A stretch of 64,000 bases of DNA, from assembly GCF_009914755.1 (NCBI RefSeq), contig NC_060931.1; one strand, 5' to 3'. The position numbers were made by a program, and so were the translations under genes. The notes under the pieces are model-generated. The model did not search any database, was not told where the DNA came from, and saw nothing but the letters and a program-made list of their open reading frames with translations. This document shows positions 41,208 to 56,081 of the stretch, one piece after another (positions within the stretch are counted from its first letter, which is position 1; each line of letters begins with the position of its first letter). The DNA comes from the human T2T-CHM13v2.0 reference genome, Homo sapiens.

Positions 41208-44200
41208 GGATTTGAAACACTCTTTTTGTGGAGTTTGCAAGTGGAGATTTCAAGCGATTTGATGCCAACAGTAGAAAAGGAAATATCTTCAAATAAAAAC
41301 TAGACAGAATCATTCTCAGAAACTACTTTGTGATGTGTGCCTTCAACTCACAGAGTTCAACCTTTCTTTTCTTAGAGCAGTTTAGAAACACTCTGCTTGT
41401 TATGTCTGCAAGTGGATATTTGGACCTCTTTGAGGCCTTCGTTGCAAACGGGGTTTCTTCCTTTCATGCTAGACTAAGAAGAGTTCTCAGTAACTTTTTT
41501 GTGTTGTGTGTATTCAACTCACAGAGTTGAACCTTGCTTTAGAGAGAGCAGATTTGAAACACTCTTGCTGTGGCATTTTCAGGTGGAGATTTCAAGCGAT
41601 TTGAGGACAATTGCAGAAAAGGAAATATCTTCGTATAATAACCAGACAGAATCATTCTCAGAAAGTGCTTTGTGATGTGTGCGTTCAACTCACAGAGTTT
41701 AACCTTTCTTTTCATAGAGGAGTTTGGAAACACACTGTTTGTAAAGTCTGCAAGTGGATACATGGACCTGTTTGAGGCCTTCGTTGGAAACGGGATTTCT
41801 TCATTGAATGCTAGACGGAAGAATTCTCAGTAAATTCTTTGTGTTGTGTGCATTCAACTCACAGAGTGGAACGTCCCTTTAGACAGAGCAGATTTGAAAC
41901 ACTCTTTTTGCGGAATTTGCAAGTGGAGATTTCTAGCCATTTGATGCCAACAGTAGAAAGGGAAATATCTTCAAATAAAAACCAGACAGAATCATTCTCA
42001 GAAAATTCTTTGTGATGTGTGCGTTCAACTCACATAGTTTAACCTTTCTTTTCATAGAGCAGTTTGGAAACACTCTGTTTGTAAAGTCTGCAAGTGGATA
42101 TATGGACCGCATTGAGGCCTTCGTTGGAAACGGGATTTCTTCATTTCATGCTAGACAGAAGAATTCTCAGTAACTTCTTTGTGCTGTGTGTATTCAACTC
42201 ACAGAGTGGAACGTCCCTTTGCACAGAGCAGATTTGAAACACTCTTTTTGTGGAGTTTGCAAGTGGAGATTTCAAGCGATTTGATGCCAACAGTAGAAAA
42301 GGAAATATCTTCAAATAAAAACTAGACAGAATCATTCTCAGAAACTACTTTGTGATGTGTGCCTTCAACTCACAGAGTTCAACCTTTCTTTTCTTAGAGC
42401 AGTTTAGAAACACTCTGCTTGTTATGTCTGCAAGTGGATATTTGGACCTCTTTGAGGCCTTCGTTGCAAACGGGGTTTCTTCCTTTCATGCTAGACTAAG
42501 AAGAGTTCTCAGTAACTTTTTTGTGTTGTGTGTATTCAACTCACAGAGTTGAACCTTGCTTTAGAGAGAGCAGATTTGAAACACTCTTGCTGTGGCATTT
42601 TCAGGTGGAGATTTCAAGCGATTTGAGGACAATTGCAGAAAAGGAAATATCTTCGTATAATAACCAGACAGAATCATTCTCAGAAAGTGCTTTGTGATGT
42701 GTGCGTTCAACTCACAGAGTTTAACCTTTCTTTTCATAGAGGAGTTTGGAAACACACTGTTTGTAAAGTCTGCAAGTGGATATATGGACCTGTTTGAGGC
42801 CTTCGTTGGAAACGGGATTTCTTCATTGAATGCTAGACGGAAGAATTCTCAGTAAATTCTTTGTGTTGTGTGCATTCAACTCACAGAGTGGAACGTCCCT
42901 TTAGACAGAGCAGATTTGAAACACTCTTTTTGCGGAATTTGCAAGTGGAGATTTCTAGCCATTTGATGCCAACAGTAGAAAGGGAAATATCTTCAAATAA
43001 AAACCAGACAGAATCATTCTCAGAAAATTCTTTGTGATGTGTGCGTTCAACTCACATAGTTTAACCTTTCTTTTCATAGAGCAGTTTGGAAACACTCTGT
43101 TTGTAAAGTCTGCAAGTGGATATATGGACCGCATTGAGGCCTTCGTTGGAAACGGGATTTCTTCATTTCATGCTAGACAGAAGAATTCTCAGTAACTTCT
43201 TTGTGCTGTGTGTATTCAACTCACAGAGTGGAACGTCCCTTTACACAGAGCAGATTTGAAACACTCTTTTTGTGGAGTTTGCAAGTGGAGATTTCAAGCG
43301 ATTTGATGCCTACAGTAGAAAAGGAAATATCTTCAAATAAAAACTAGACAGAATCATTCTCAGAAACTACTTTGTGATGTGTGCCTTCAACTCACAGAGT
43401 TTAACCTTTCTTTTCTTAGAGCAGTTTAGAAACACTCTGCTTGTTATGTCTGCAAGTGGATATTTGGACCTCTTTGAGGCCTTCGTTGCAAACGGGATTT
43501 CTTCCTTTCATGCTAGACTAAGAAGAGTTCTCAGTAACTTTTTTGTGTTGTGTGTATTCAACTCACAGAGTTGAACCTTGCTTTAGAGAGAGCAGATTTG
43601 AAACACTCTTGCTGTGGCATTTTCAGGTGGAGATTTCAAGCGATTTGAGGACAATTGCAGAAAAGGAAATATCTTCGTATAATAACCAGACAGAATCATT
43701 CTCAGAAAGTGCTTTGTGATGTGTGCGTTCAACTCACAGAGTTTAACCTTTCTTTTCATAGAGGAGTTTGGAAACACACTGTTTGTAAAGTCTGCAAGTG
43801 GATACATGGACCTGTTTGAGGCCTTCGTTGGAAACGGGATTTCTTCATTGAATGCTAGACGGAAGAATTCTCAGTAAATTCTTTGTGTTGTGTGCATTCA
43901 ACTCACAGAGTGGAACGTCCCTTTAGACAGAGCAGATTTGAAACACTCTTTTTGCGGAATTTGCAAGTGGAGATTTCTAGCCATTTGATGCCAACAGTAG
44001 AAAGGGAAATATCTTCAAATAAAAACCAGACAGAATCATTCTCAGAAAATTCTTTGTGATGTGTGCGTTCAACTCACATAGTTTAACCTTTCTTTTCATA
44101 GAGCAGTTTGGAAACACTCTGTTTGTAAAGTCTGCAAGTGGATATATGGACCGCATTGAGGCCTTCGTTGGAAACGGGATTTCTTCATTTCATGCTAGAC

Positions 44201-47200
44201 AGAAGAATTCTCAGTAACTTCTTTGTGCTGTGTGTATTCAACTCACAGAGTGGAACGTCCCTTTGCACAGAGCAGATTTGAAACACTCTTTTTGTGGAGT
44301 TTGCAAGTGGAGATTTCAAGCGATTTGATGCCAACAGTAGAAAAGGAAATATCTTCAAATAAAAACTAGACAGAATCATTCTCAGAAACTACTTTGTGAT
44401 GTGTGCCTTCAACTCACAGAGTTTAACCTTTCTTTTCTTAGAGCAGTTTAGAAACACTCTGCTTGTTACGTCTGCAAGTGGATATTTGGACCTCTTTGAG
44501 GCCTTCGTTGCAAACGGGGTTTCTTCCTTTCATGCTAGACTAAGAAGAGTTCTCAGTAACTTTTTTGTGTTGTGTGTATTCAACTCACAGAGTTGAACCT
44601 TGCTTTAGAGAGAGCAGATTTGAAACACTCTTGCTGTGGCATTTTCAGGTGGAGATTTCAAGCGATTTGAGGACAATTGCAGAAAAGGAAATATCTTCGT
44701 ATAATAACCAGACAGAATCATTCTCAGAAAGTGCTTTGTGATGTGTGCGTTCAACTCACAGAGTTTAACCTTTCTTTTCATAGAGGAGTTTGGAAACACA
44801 CTGTTTGTAAAGTCTGCAAGTGGATATATGGACCTGTTTGAGGCCTTCGTTGGAAACGGGATTTCTTCATTGAATGCTAGACGGAAGAATTCTCAGTAAA
44901 TTCTTTGTGTTGTGTGCATTCAACTCACAGAGTGGAACGTCCCTTTAGACAGAGCAGATTTGAAACACTGTTTTTGCGGAATTTGCAAGTGGAGATTTCT
45001 AGCCATTTGATGCCAACAGTAGAAAGGGAAATATCTTCAAATAAAAACCAGACAGAATCATTCTCAGAAAATTCTTTGTGATGTGTGCGTTCAACTCACA
45101 TAGTTTAACCTTTCTTTTCATAGAGCAGTTTGGAAACACTCTGTTTGTAAAGTCTGCAAGTGGATATATGGACCGCATTGAGGCCTTCGTTGGAAACGGG
45201 ATTTCTTCATTTCATGCTAGACAGAAGAATTCTCAGTAACTTCTTTGTGCTGTGTGTATTCAACTCACAGAGTGGAACGTCCCTTTGCACAGAGCAGATT
45301 TGAAACACTCTTTTTGTGGAGTTTGCAAGTGGAGATTTCAAGCGATTTGATGCCAACAGTAGAAAAGGAAATATCTTCAAATAAAAACTAGACAGAATCA
45401 TTCTCAGAAACTACTTTGTGATGTGTGCCTTCAACTCACAGAGTTTAACCTTTCTTTTCTTAGAGCAGTTTAGAAACACTCTGCTTGTTACGTCTGCAAG
45501 TGGATATTTGGACCTCTTTGAGGCCTTCGTTGCAAACGGGGTTTCTTCCTTTCATGCTAGACTAAGAAGAGTTCTCAGTAACTTTTTTGTGTTGTGTGTA
45601 TTCAACTCACAGAGTTGAACCTTGCTTTAGAGAGAGCAGATTTGAAACACTCTTGCTGTGGCATTTTCAGGTGGAGATTTCAAGCGATTTGAGGACAATT
45701 GCAGAAAAGGAAATATCTTCGTATAATAACCAGACAGAATCATTCTCAGAAAGTGCTTTGTGATGTGTGCGTTCAACTCACAGAGTTTAACCTTTCTTTT
45801 CATAGAGGAGTTTGGAAACACACTGTTTGTAAAGTCTGCAAGTGGATATATGGACCTGTTTGAGGCCTTCGTTGGAAACGGGATTTCTTCATTGAATGCT
45901 AGACGGAAGAATTCTCAGTAAATTCTTTGTGTTGTGTGCATTCAACTCACAGAGTGGAACGTCCCTTTAGACAGAGCAGATTTGAAACACTCTTTTTGCG
46001 GAATTTGCAAGTGGAGATTTCTAGCCATTTGATGCCAACAGTAGAAAGGGAAATATCTTCAAATAAAAACCAGACAGAATCATTCTCAGAAAATTCTTTG
46101 TGATGTGTGCGTTCAACTCACATAGTTTAACCTTTCTTTTCATAGAGCAGTTTGGAAACACTCTGTTTGTAAAGTCTGCAAGTGGATATATGGACCGCAT
46201 TGAGGCCTTCGTTGGAAACGGGATTTCTTCATTTCATGCTAGACAGAAGAATTCTCAGTAACTTCTTTGTGCTGTGTGTATTCAACTCACAGAGTGGAAC
46301 GTCCCTTTGCACAGAGCGGATTTGAAACACTCTTTTTGTGGAGTTTGCAAGTGGAGATTTCAAGCGATTTGATGCCAACAGTAGAAAAGGAAATATCTTC
46401 AAATAAAAACTAGACAGAATCATTCTCAGAAACTACTTTGTGATGTGTGCCTTCAACTCACAGAGTTCAACCTTTCTTTTCTTAGAGCAGTTTAGAAACA
46501 CTCTGCTTGTTATGTCTGCAAGTGGATATTTGGACCTCTTTGAGGCCTTCGTTGCAAACGGGGTTTCTTCCTTTCATGCTAGACTAAGAAGAGTTCTCAG
46601 TAACTTTTTTGTGTTGTGTGTATTCAACTCACAGAGTTGAACCTTGCTTTAGAGAGAGCAGATTTGAAACACTCTTGCTGTGGCATTTTCAGGTGGAGAT
46701 TTCAAGCGATTTGAGGACAATTGCAGAAAAGGAAATATCTTCGTATAATAACCAGACAGAATCATTCTCAGAAAGTGCTTTGTGATGTGTGCGTTCAACT
46801 CACAGAGTTTAACCTTTCTTTTCATAGAGGAGTTTGGAAACACACTGTTTGTAAAGTCTGCAAGTGGATACATGGACCTGTTTGAGGCCTTCGTTGGAAA
46901 CGGGATTTCTTCATTGAATGCTAGACGGAAGAATTCTCAGTAAATTCTTTGTGTTGTGTGCATTCAACTCACAGAGTGGAACGTCCCTTTAGACAGAGCA
47001 GATTTGAAACACTCTTTTTGCGGAATTTGCAAGTGGAGATTTCTAGCCATTTGATGCCAACAGTAGAAAGGGAAATATCTTCAAATAAAAACCAGACAGA
47101 ATCATTCTCAGAAAATTCTTTGTGATGTGTGCGTTCAACTCACATAGTTTAACCTTTCTTTTCATAGAGCAGTTTGGAAACACTCTGTTTGTAAAGTCTG

Positions 47201-50200
47201 CAAGTGGATATATGGACCGCATTGAGGCCTTCGTTGGAAACGGGATTTCTTCATTTCATGCTAGACAGAAGAATTCTCAGTAACTTCTTTGTGCTGTGTG
47301 TATTCAACTCACAGAGTGGAACGTCCCTTTGCACAGAGCAGATTTGAAACACTCTTTTTGTGGAGTTTGCAAGTGGAGATTTCAAGCGATTTGATGCCAA
47401 CAGTAGAAAAGGAAATATCTTCAAATAAAAACTAGACAGAATCATTCTCAGAAACTACTTTGTGATGTGTGCCTTCAACTCACAGAGTTCAACCTTTCTT
47501 TTCTTAGAGCAGTTTAGAAACACTCTGCTTGTTATGTCTGCAAGTGGATATTTGGACCTCTTTGAGGCCTTCGTTGCAAACGGGGTTTCTTCCTTTCATG
47601 CTAGACTAAGAAGAGTTCTCAGTAACTTTTTTGTGTTGTGTGTATTCAACTCACAGAGTTGAACCTTGCTTTAGAGAGAGCAGATTTGAAACACTCTTGC
47701 TGTGGCATTTTCAGGTGGAGATTTCAAGCGATTTGAGGACAATTGCAGAAAAGGAAATATCTTCGTATAATAACCAGACAGAATCATTCTCAGAAAGTGC
47801 TTTGTGATGTGTGCGTTCAACTCACAGAGTTTAACCTTTCTTTTCATAGAGGAGTTTGGAAACACACTGTTTGTAAAGTCTGCAAGTGGATATATGGACC
47901 TGTTTGAGGCCTTCGTTGGAAACGGGATTTCTTCATTGAATGCTAGACGGAAGAATTCTCAGTAAATTCTTTGTGTTGTGTGCATTCAACTCACAGAGTG
48001 GAACGTCCCTTTAGACAGAGCAGATTTGAAACACTCTTTTTGCGGAATTTGCAAGTGGAGATTTCTAGCCATTTGATGCCAACAGTAGAAAGGGAAATAT
48101 CTTCAAATAAAAACCAGACAGAATCATTCTCAGAAAATTCTTTGTGATGTGTGCGTTCAACTCACATAGTTTAACCTTTCTTTTCATAGAGCAGTTTGGA
48201 AACACTCTGTTTGTAAAGTCTGCAAGTGGATATATGGACCGCATTGAGGCCTTCGTTGGAAACGGGATTTCTTCATTTCATGCTAGACAGAAGAATTCTC
48301 AGTAACTTCTTTGTGCTGTGTGTATTCAACTCACAGAGTGGAACGTCCCTTTGCACAGAGCAGATTTGAAACACTCTTTTTGTGGAGTTTGCAAGTGGAG
48401 ATTTCAAGCGATTTGATGCCAACAGTAGAAAAGGAAATATCTTCAAATAAAAACTAGACAGAATCATTCTCAGAAACTACTTTGTGATGTGTGCCTTCAA
48501 CTCACAGAGTTTAACCTTTCTTTTCTTAGAGCAGTTTAGAAACACTCTGCTTGTTATGTCTGCAAGTGGATATTTGGACCTCTTTGAGGCCTTCGTTGCA
48601 AACGGGATTTCTTCCTTTCATGCTAGACTAAGAAGAGTTCTCAGTAACTTTTTTGTGTTGTGTGTATTCAACTCACAGAGTTGAACCTTGCTTTAGAGAG
48701 AGCAGATTTGAAACACTCTTGCTGTGGCATTTTCAGGTGGAGATTTCAAGCGATTTGAGGACAATTGCAGAAAAGGAAATATCTTCGTATAATAACCAGA
48801 CAGAATCATTCTCAGAAAGTGCTTTGTGATGTGTGCGTTCAACTCACAGAGTTTAACCTTTCTTTTCATAGAGGAGTTTGGAAACACACTGTTTGTAAAG
48901 TCTGCAAGTGGATACATGGACCTGTTTGAGGCCTTCGTTGGAAACGGGATTTCTTCATTGAATGCTAGACGGAAGAATTCTCAGTAAATTCTTTGTGTTG
49001 TGTGCATTCAACTCACAGAGTGGAACGTCCCTTTAGACAGAGCAGATTTGAAACACTCTTTTTGCGGAATTTGCAAGTGGAGATTTCTAGCCATTTGATG
49101 CCAACAGTAGAAAGGGAAATATCTTCAAATAAAAACCAGACAGAATCATTCTCAGAAAATTCTTTGTGATGTGTGCGTTCAACTCACATAGTTTAACCTT
49201 TCTTTTCATAGAGCAGTTTGGAAACACTCTGTTTGTAAAGTCTGCAAGTGGATATATGGACCGCATTGAGGCCTTCGTTGGAAACGGGATTTCTTCATTT
49301 CATGCTAGACAGAAGAATTCTCAGTAACTTCTTTGTGCTGTGTGTATTCAACTCACAGAGTGGAACGTCCCTTTGCACAGAGCAGATTTGAAACACTCTT
49401 TTTGTGGAGTTTGCAAGTGGAGATTTCAAGCGATTTGATGCCAACAGTAGAAAAGGAAATATCTTCAAATAAAAACTAGACAGAATCATTCTCAGAAACT
49501 ACTTTGTGATGTGTGCCTTCAACTCACAGAGTTTAACCTTTCTTTTCTTAGAGCAGTTTAGAAACACTCTGCTTGTTACGTCTGCAAGTGGATATTTGGA
49601 CCTCTTTGAGGCCTTCGTTGCAAACGGGGTTTCTTCCTTTCATGCTAGACTAAGAAGAGTTCTCAGTAACTTTTTTGTGTTGTGTGTATTCAACTCACAG
49701 AGTTGAACCTTGCTTTAGAGAGAGCAGATTTGAAACACTCTTGCTGTGGCATTTTCAGGTGGAGATTTCAAGCGATTTGAGGACAATTGCAGAAAAGGAA
49801 ATATCTTCGTATAATAACCAGACAGAATCATTCTCAGAAAGTGCTTTGTGATGTGTGCGTTCAACTCACAGAGTTTAACCTTTCTTTTCATAGAGGAGTT
49901 TGGAAACACACTGTTTGTAAAGTCTGCAAGTGGATATATGGACCTGTTTGAGGCCTTCGTTGGAAACGGGATTTCTTCATTGAATGCTAGACGGAAGAAT
50001 TCTCAGTAAATTCTTTGTGTTGTGTGCATTCAACTCACAGAGTGGAACGTCCCTTTAGACAGAGCAGATTTGAAACACTCTTTTTGCGGAATTTGCAAGT
50101 GGAGATTTCTAGCCATTTGATGCCAACAGTAGAAAGGGAAATATCTTCAAATAAAAACCAGACAGAATCATTCTCAGAAAATTCTTTGTGATGTGTGCGT

Positions 50201-53200
50201 TCAACTCACATAGTTTAACCTTTCTTTTCATAGAGCAGTTTGGAAACACTCTGTTTGTAAAGTCTGCAAGTGGATATATGGACCGCATTGAGGCCTTCGT
50301 TGGAAACGGGATTTCTTCATTTCATGCTAGACAGAAGAATTCTCAGTAACTTCTTTGTGCTGTGTGTATTCAACTCACAGAGTGGAACGTCCCTTTGCAC
50401 AGAGCAGATTTGAAACACTCTTTTTGTGGAGTTTGCAAGTGGAGATTTCAAGCGATTTGATGCCAACAGTAGAAAAGGAAATATCTTCAAATAAAAACTA
50501 GACAGAATCATTCTCAGAAACTACTTTGTGATGTGTGCCTTCAACTCACAGAGTTTAACCTTTCTTTTCTTAGAGCAGTTTAGAAACACTCTGCTTGTTA
50601 CGTCTGCAAGTGGATATTTGGACCTCTTTGAGGCCTTCGTTGCAAACGGGGTTTCTTCCTTTCATGCTAGACTAAGAAGAGTTCTCAGTAACTTTTTTGT
50701 GTTGTGTGTATTCAACTCACAGAGTTGAACCTTGCTTTAGAGAGAGCAGATTTGAAACACTCTTGCTGTGGCATTTTCAGGTGGAGATTTCAAGCGATTT
50801 GAGGACAATTGCAGAAAAGGAAATATCTTCGTATAATAACCAGACAGAATCATTCTCAGAAAGTGCTTTGTGATGTGTGCGTTCAACTCACAGAGTTTAA
50901 CCTTTCTTTTCATAGAGGAGTTTGGAAACACACTGTTTGTAAAGTCTGCAAGTGGATATATGGACCTGTTTGAGGCCTTCGTTGGAAACGGGATTTCTTC
51001 ATTGAATGCTAGACGGAAGAATTCTCAGTAAATTCTTTGTGTTGTGTGCATTCAACTCACAGAGTGGAACGTCCCTTTAGACAGAGCAGATTTGAAACAC
51101 TCTTTTTGCGGAATTTGCAAGTGGAGATTTCTAGCCATTTGATGCCAACAGTAGAAAGGGAAATATCTTCAAATAAAAACCAGACAGAATCATTCTCAGA
51201 AAATTCTTTGTGATGTGTGCGTTCAACTCACATAGTTTAACCTTTCTTTTCATAGAGCAGTTTGGAAACACTCTGTTTGTAAAGTCTGCAAGTGGATATA
51301 TGGACCGCATTGAGGCCTTCGTTGGAAACGGGATTTCTTCATTTCATGCTAGACAGAAGAATTCTCAGTAACTTCTTTGTGCTGTGTGTATTCAACTCAC
51401 AGAGTGGAACGTCCCTTTGCACAGAGCGGATTTGAAACACTCTTTTTGTGGAGTTTGCAAGTGGAGATTTCAAGCGATTTGATGCCAACAGTAGAAAAGG
51501 AAATATCTTCAAATAAAAACTAGACAGAATCATTCTCAGAAACTACTTTGTGATGTGTGCCTTCAACTCACAGAGTTCAACCTTTCTTTTCTTAGAGCAG
51601 TTTAGAAACACTCTGCTTGTTATGTCTGCAAGTGGATATTTGGACCTCTTTGAGGCCTTCGTTGCAAACGGGGTTTCTTCCTTTCATGCTAGACTAAGAA
51701 GAGTTCTCAGTAACTTTTTTGTGTTGTGTGTATTCAACTCACAGAGTTGAACCTTGCTTTAGAGAGAGCAGATTTGAAACACTCTTGCTGTGGCATTTTC
51801 AGGTGGAGATTTCAAGCGATTTGAGGACAATTGCAGAAAAGGAAATATCTTCGTATAATAACCAGACAGAATCATTCTCAGAAAGTGCTTTGTGATGTGT
51901 GCGTTCAACTCACAGAGTTTAACCTTTCTTTTCATAGAGGAGTTTGGAAACACACTGTTTGTAAAGTCTGCAAGTGGATACATGGACCTGTTTGAGGCCT
52001 TCGTTGGAAACGGGATTTCTTCATTGAATGCTAGACGGAAGAATTCTCAGTAAATTCTTTGTGTTGTGTGCATTCAACTCACAGAGTGGAACGTCCCTTT
52101 AGACAGAGCAGATTTGAAACACTCTTTTTGCGGAATTTGCAAGTGGAGATTTCTAGCCATTTGATGCCAACAGTAGAAAGGGAAATATCTTCAAATAAAA
52201 ACCAGACAGAATCATTCTCAGAAAATTCTTTGTGATGTGTGCGTTCAACTCACATAGTTTAACCTTTCTTTTCATAGAGCAGTTTGGAAACACTCTGTTT
52301 GTAAAGTCTGCAAGTGGATATATGGACCGCATTGAGGCCTTCGTTGGAAACGGGATTTCTTCATTTCATGCTAGACAGAAGAATTCTCAGTAACTTCTTT
52401 GTGCTGTGTGTATTCAACTCACAGAGTGGAACGTCCCTTTGCACAGAGCAGATTTGAAACACTCTTTTTGTGGAGTTTGCAAGTGGAGATTTCAAGCGAT
52501 TTGATGCCAACAGTAGAAAAGGAAATATCTTCAAATAAAAACTAGACAGAATCATTCTCAGAAACTACTTTGTGATGTGTGCCTTCAACTCACAGAGTTC
52601 AACCTTTCTTTTCTTAGAGCAGTTTAGAAACACTCTGCTTGTTATGTCTGCAAGTGGATATTTGGACCTCTTTGAGGCCTTCGTTGCAAACGGGGTTTCT
52701 TCCTTTCATGCTAGACTAAGAAGAGTTCTCAGTAACTTTTTTGTGTTGTGTGTATTCAACTCACAGAGTTGAACCTTGCTTTAGAGAGAGCAGATTTGAA
52801 ACACTCTTGCTGTGGCATTTTCAGGTGGAGATTTCAAGCGATTTGAGGACAATTGCAGAAAAGGAAATATCTTCGTATAATAACCAGACAGAATCATTCT
52901 CAGAAAGTGCTTTGTGATGTGTGCGTTCAACTCACAGAGTTTAACCTTTCTTTTCATAGAGGAGTTTGGAAACACACTGTTTGTAAAGTCTGCAAGTGGA
53001 TATATGGACCTGTTTGAGGCCTTCGTTGGAAACGGGATTTCTTCATTGAATGCTAGACGGAAGAATTCTCAGTAAATTCTTTGTGTTGTGTGCATTCAAC
53101 TCACAGAGTGGAACGTCCCTTTAGACAGAGCAGATTTGAAACCCTCTTTTTGCGGAATTTGCAAGTGGAGATTTCTAGCCATTTGATGCCAACAGTAGAA

Positions 53201-55711
53201 AGGGAAATATCTTCAAATAAAAACCAGACAGAATCATTCTCAGAAAATTCTTTGTGATGTGTGCGTTCAACTCACATAGTTTAACCTTTCTTTTCATAGA
53301 GCAGTTTGGAAACACTCTGTTTGTAAAGTCTGCAAGTGGATATATGGACCGCATTGAGGCCTTCGTTGGAAACGGGATTTCTTCATTTCATGCTAGACAG
53401 AAGAATTCTCAGTAACTTCTTTGTGCTGTGTGTATTCAACTCACAGAGTGGAACGTCCCTTTGCACAGAGCAGATTTGAAACACTCTTTTTGTGGAGTTT
53501 GCAAGTGGAGATTTCAAGCGATTTGATGCCAACAGTAGAAAAGGAAATATCTTCAAATAAAAACTAGACAGAATCATTCTCAGAAACTACTTTGTGATGT
53601 GTGCCTTCAACTCACAGAGTTTAACCTTTCTTTTCTTAGAGCAGTTTAGAAACACTCTGCTTGTTACGTCTGCAAGTGGATATTTGGACCTCTTTGAGGC
53701 CTTCGTTGCAAACGGGGTTTCTTCCTTTCATGCTAGACTAAGAAGAGTTCTCAGTAACTTTTTTGTGTTGTGTGTATTCAACTCACAGAGTTGAACCTTG
53801 CTTTAGAGAGAGCAGATTTGAAACACTCTTGCTGTGGCATTTTCAGGTGGAGATTTCAAGCGATTTGAGGACAATTGCAGAAAAGGAAATATCTTCGTAT
53901 AATAACCAGACAGAATCATTCTCAGAAAGTGCTTTGTGATGTGTGCGTTCAACTCACAGAGTTTAACCTTTCTTTTCATAGAGGAGTTTGGAAACACACT
54001 GTTTGTAAAGTCTGCAAGTGGATACATGGACCTGTTTGAGGCCTTCGTTGGAAACGGGATTTCTTCATTGAATGCTAGACGGAAGAATTCTCAGTAAATT
54101 CTTTGTGTTGTGTGCATTCAACTCACAGAGTGGAACGTCCCTTTAGACAGAGCAGATTTGAAACACTCTTTTTGCGGAATTTGCAAGTGGAGATTTCTAG
54201 CCATTTGATGCCAACAGTAGAAAGGGAAATATCTTCAAATAAAAACCAGACAGAATCATTCTCAGAAAATTCTTTGTGATGTGTGCGTTCAACTCACATA
54301 GTTTAACCTTTCTTTTCATAGAGCAGTTTGGAAACACTCTGTTTGTAAAGTCTGCAAGTGGATATATGGACCGCATTGAGGCCTTCGTTGGAAACGGGAT
54401 TTCTTCATTTCATGCTAGACAGAAGAATTCTCAGTAACTTCTTTGTGCTGTGTGTATTCAACTCACAGAGTGGAACGTCCCTTTGCACAGAGCAGATTTG
54501 AAACACTCTTTTTGTGGAGTTTGCAAGTGGAGATTTCAAGCGATTTGATGCCAACAGTAGAAAAGGAAATATCTTCAAATAAAAACTAGACAGAATCATT
54601 CTCAGAAACTACTTTGTGATGTGTGCCTTCAACTCACAGAGTTTAACCTTTCTTTTCTTAGAGCAGTTTAGAAACACTCTGCTTGTTACGTCTGCAAGTG
54701 GATATTTGGACCTCTTTGAGGCCTTCGTTGCAAACGGGGTTTCTTCCTTTCATGCTAGACTAAGAAGAGTTCTCAGTAACTTTTTTGTGTTGTGTGTATT
54801 CAACTCACAGAGTTGAACCTTGCTTTAGAGAGAGCAGATTTGAAACACTCTTGCTGTGGCATTTTCAGGTGGAGATTTCAAGCGATTTGAGGACAATTGC
54901 AGAAAAGGAAATATCTTCGTATAATAACCAGACAGAATCATTCTCAGAAAGTGCTTTGTGATGTGTGCGTTCAACTCACAGAGTTTAACCTTTCTTTTCA
55001 TAGAGGAGTTTGGAAACACACTGTTTGTAAAGTCTGCAAGTGGATATATGGACCTGTTTGAGGCCTTCGTTGGAAACGGGATTTCTTCATTGAATGCTAG
55101 ACGGAAGAATTCTCAGTAAATTCTTTGTGTTGTGTGCATTCAACTCACAGAGTGGAACGTCCCTTTAGACAGAGCAGATTTGAAACACTCTTTTTGCGGA
55201 ATTTGCAAGTGGAGATTTCTAGCCATTTGATGCCAACAGTAGAAAGGGAAATATCTTCAAATAAAAACCAGACAGAATCATTCTCAGAAAATTCTTTGTG
55301 ATGTGTGCGTTCAACTCACATAGTTTAACCTTTCTTTTCATAGAGCAGTTTGGAAACACTCTGTTTGTAAAGTCTGCAAGTGGATATATGGACCGCATTG
55401 AGGCCTTCGTTGGAAACGGGATTTCTTCATTTCATGCTAGACAGAAGAATTCTCAGTAACTTCTTTGTGCTGTGTGTATTCAACTCACAGAGTGGAACGT
55501 CCCTTTGCACAGAGCAGATTTGAAACACTCTTTTTGTGGAGTTTGCAAGTGGAGATTTCAAGCGATTTGATGCCAACAGTAGAAAAGGAAATATCTTCAA
55601 ATAAAAACTAGACAGAATCATTCTCAGAAACTACTTTGTGATGTGTGCCTTCAACTCACAGAGTTTAACCTTTCTTTTCTTAGAGCAGTTTAGAAACACT
55701 CTGCTTGTTAC
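41208..55711 (+). repeat. 5-HOR (5110-bp) super-repeat domain 2, about three copies
   Basis: Variant series at 5110-bp spacing: 41208/46318/51428; 44469/49579/54689; 45491/50601/55711; 43497/48607. The long/short ORF pattern L-S-L-S-S repeats three times. Confidence 0.88.
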
Positions 55712-56081
55712 GTCTGCAAGTGGATATTTGGACCTCTTTGAGGCCTTCGTTGCAAACGGGGTTTCTTCCTTTCATGCTAGACTAAGAAGAGTTCTCAGTA
55801 ACTTTTTTGTGTTGTGTGTATTCAACTCACAGAGTTGAACCTTGCTTTAGAGAGAGCAGATTTGAAACACTCTTGCTGTGGCATTTTCAGGTGGAGATTT
55901 CAAGCGATTTGAGGACAATTGCAGAAAAGGAAATATCTTCGTATAATAACCAGACAGAATCATTCTCAGAAAGTGCTTTGTGATGTGTGCGTTCAACTCA
56001 CAGAGTTTAACCTTTCTTTTCATAGAGGAGTTTGGAAACACACTGTTTGTAAAGTCTGCAAGTGGATATATGGACCTGTTT

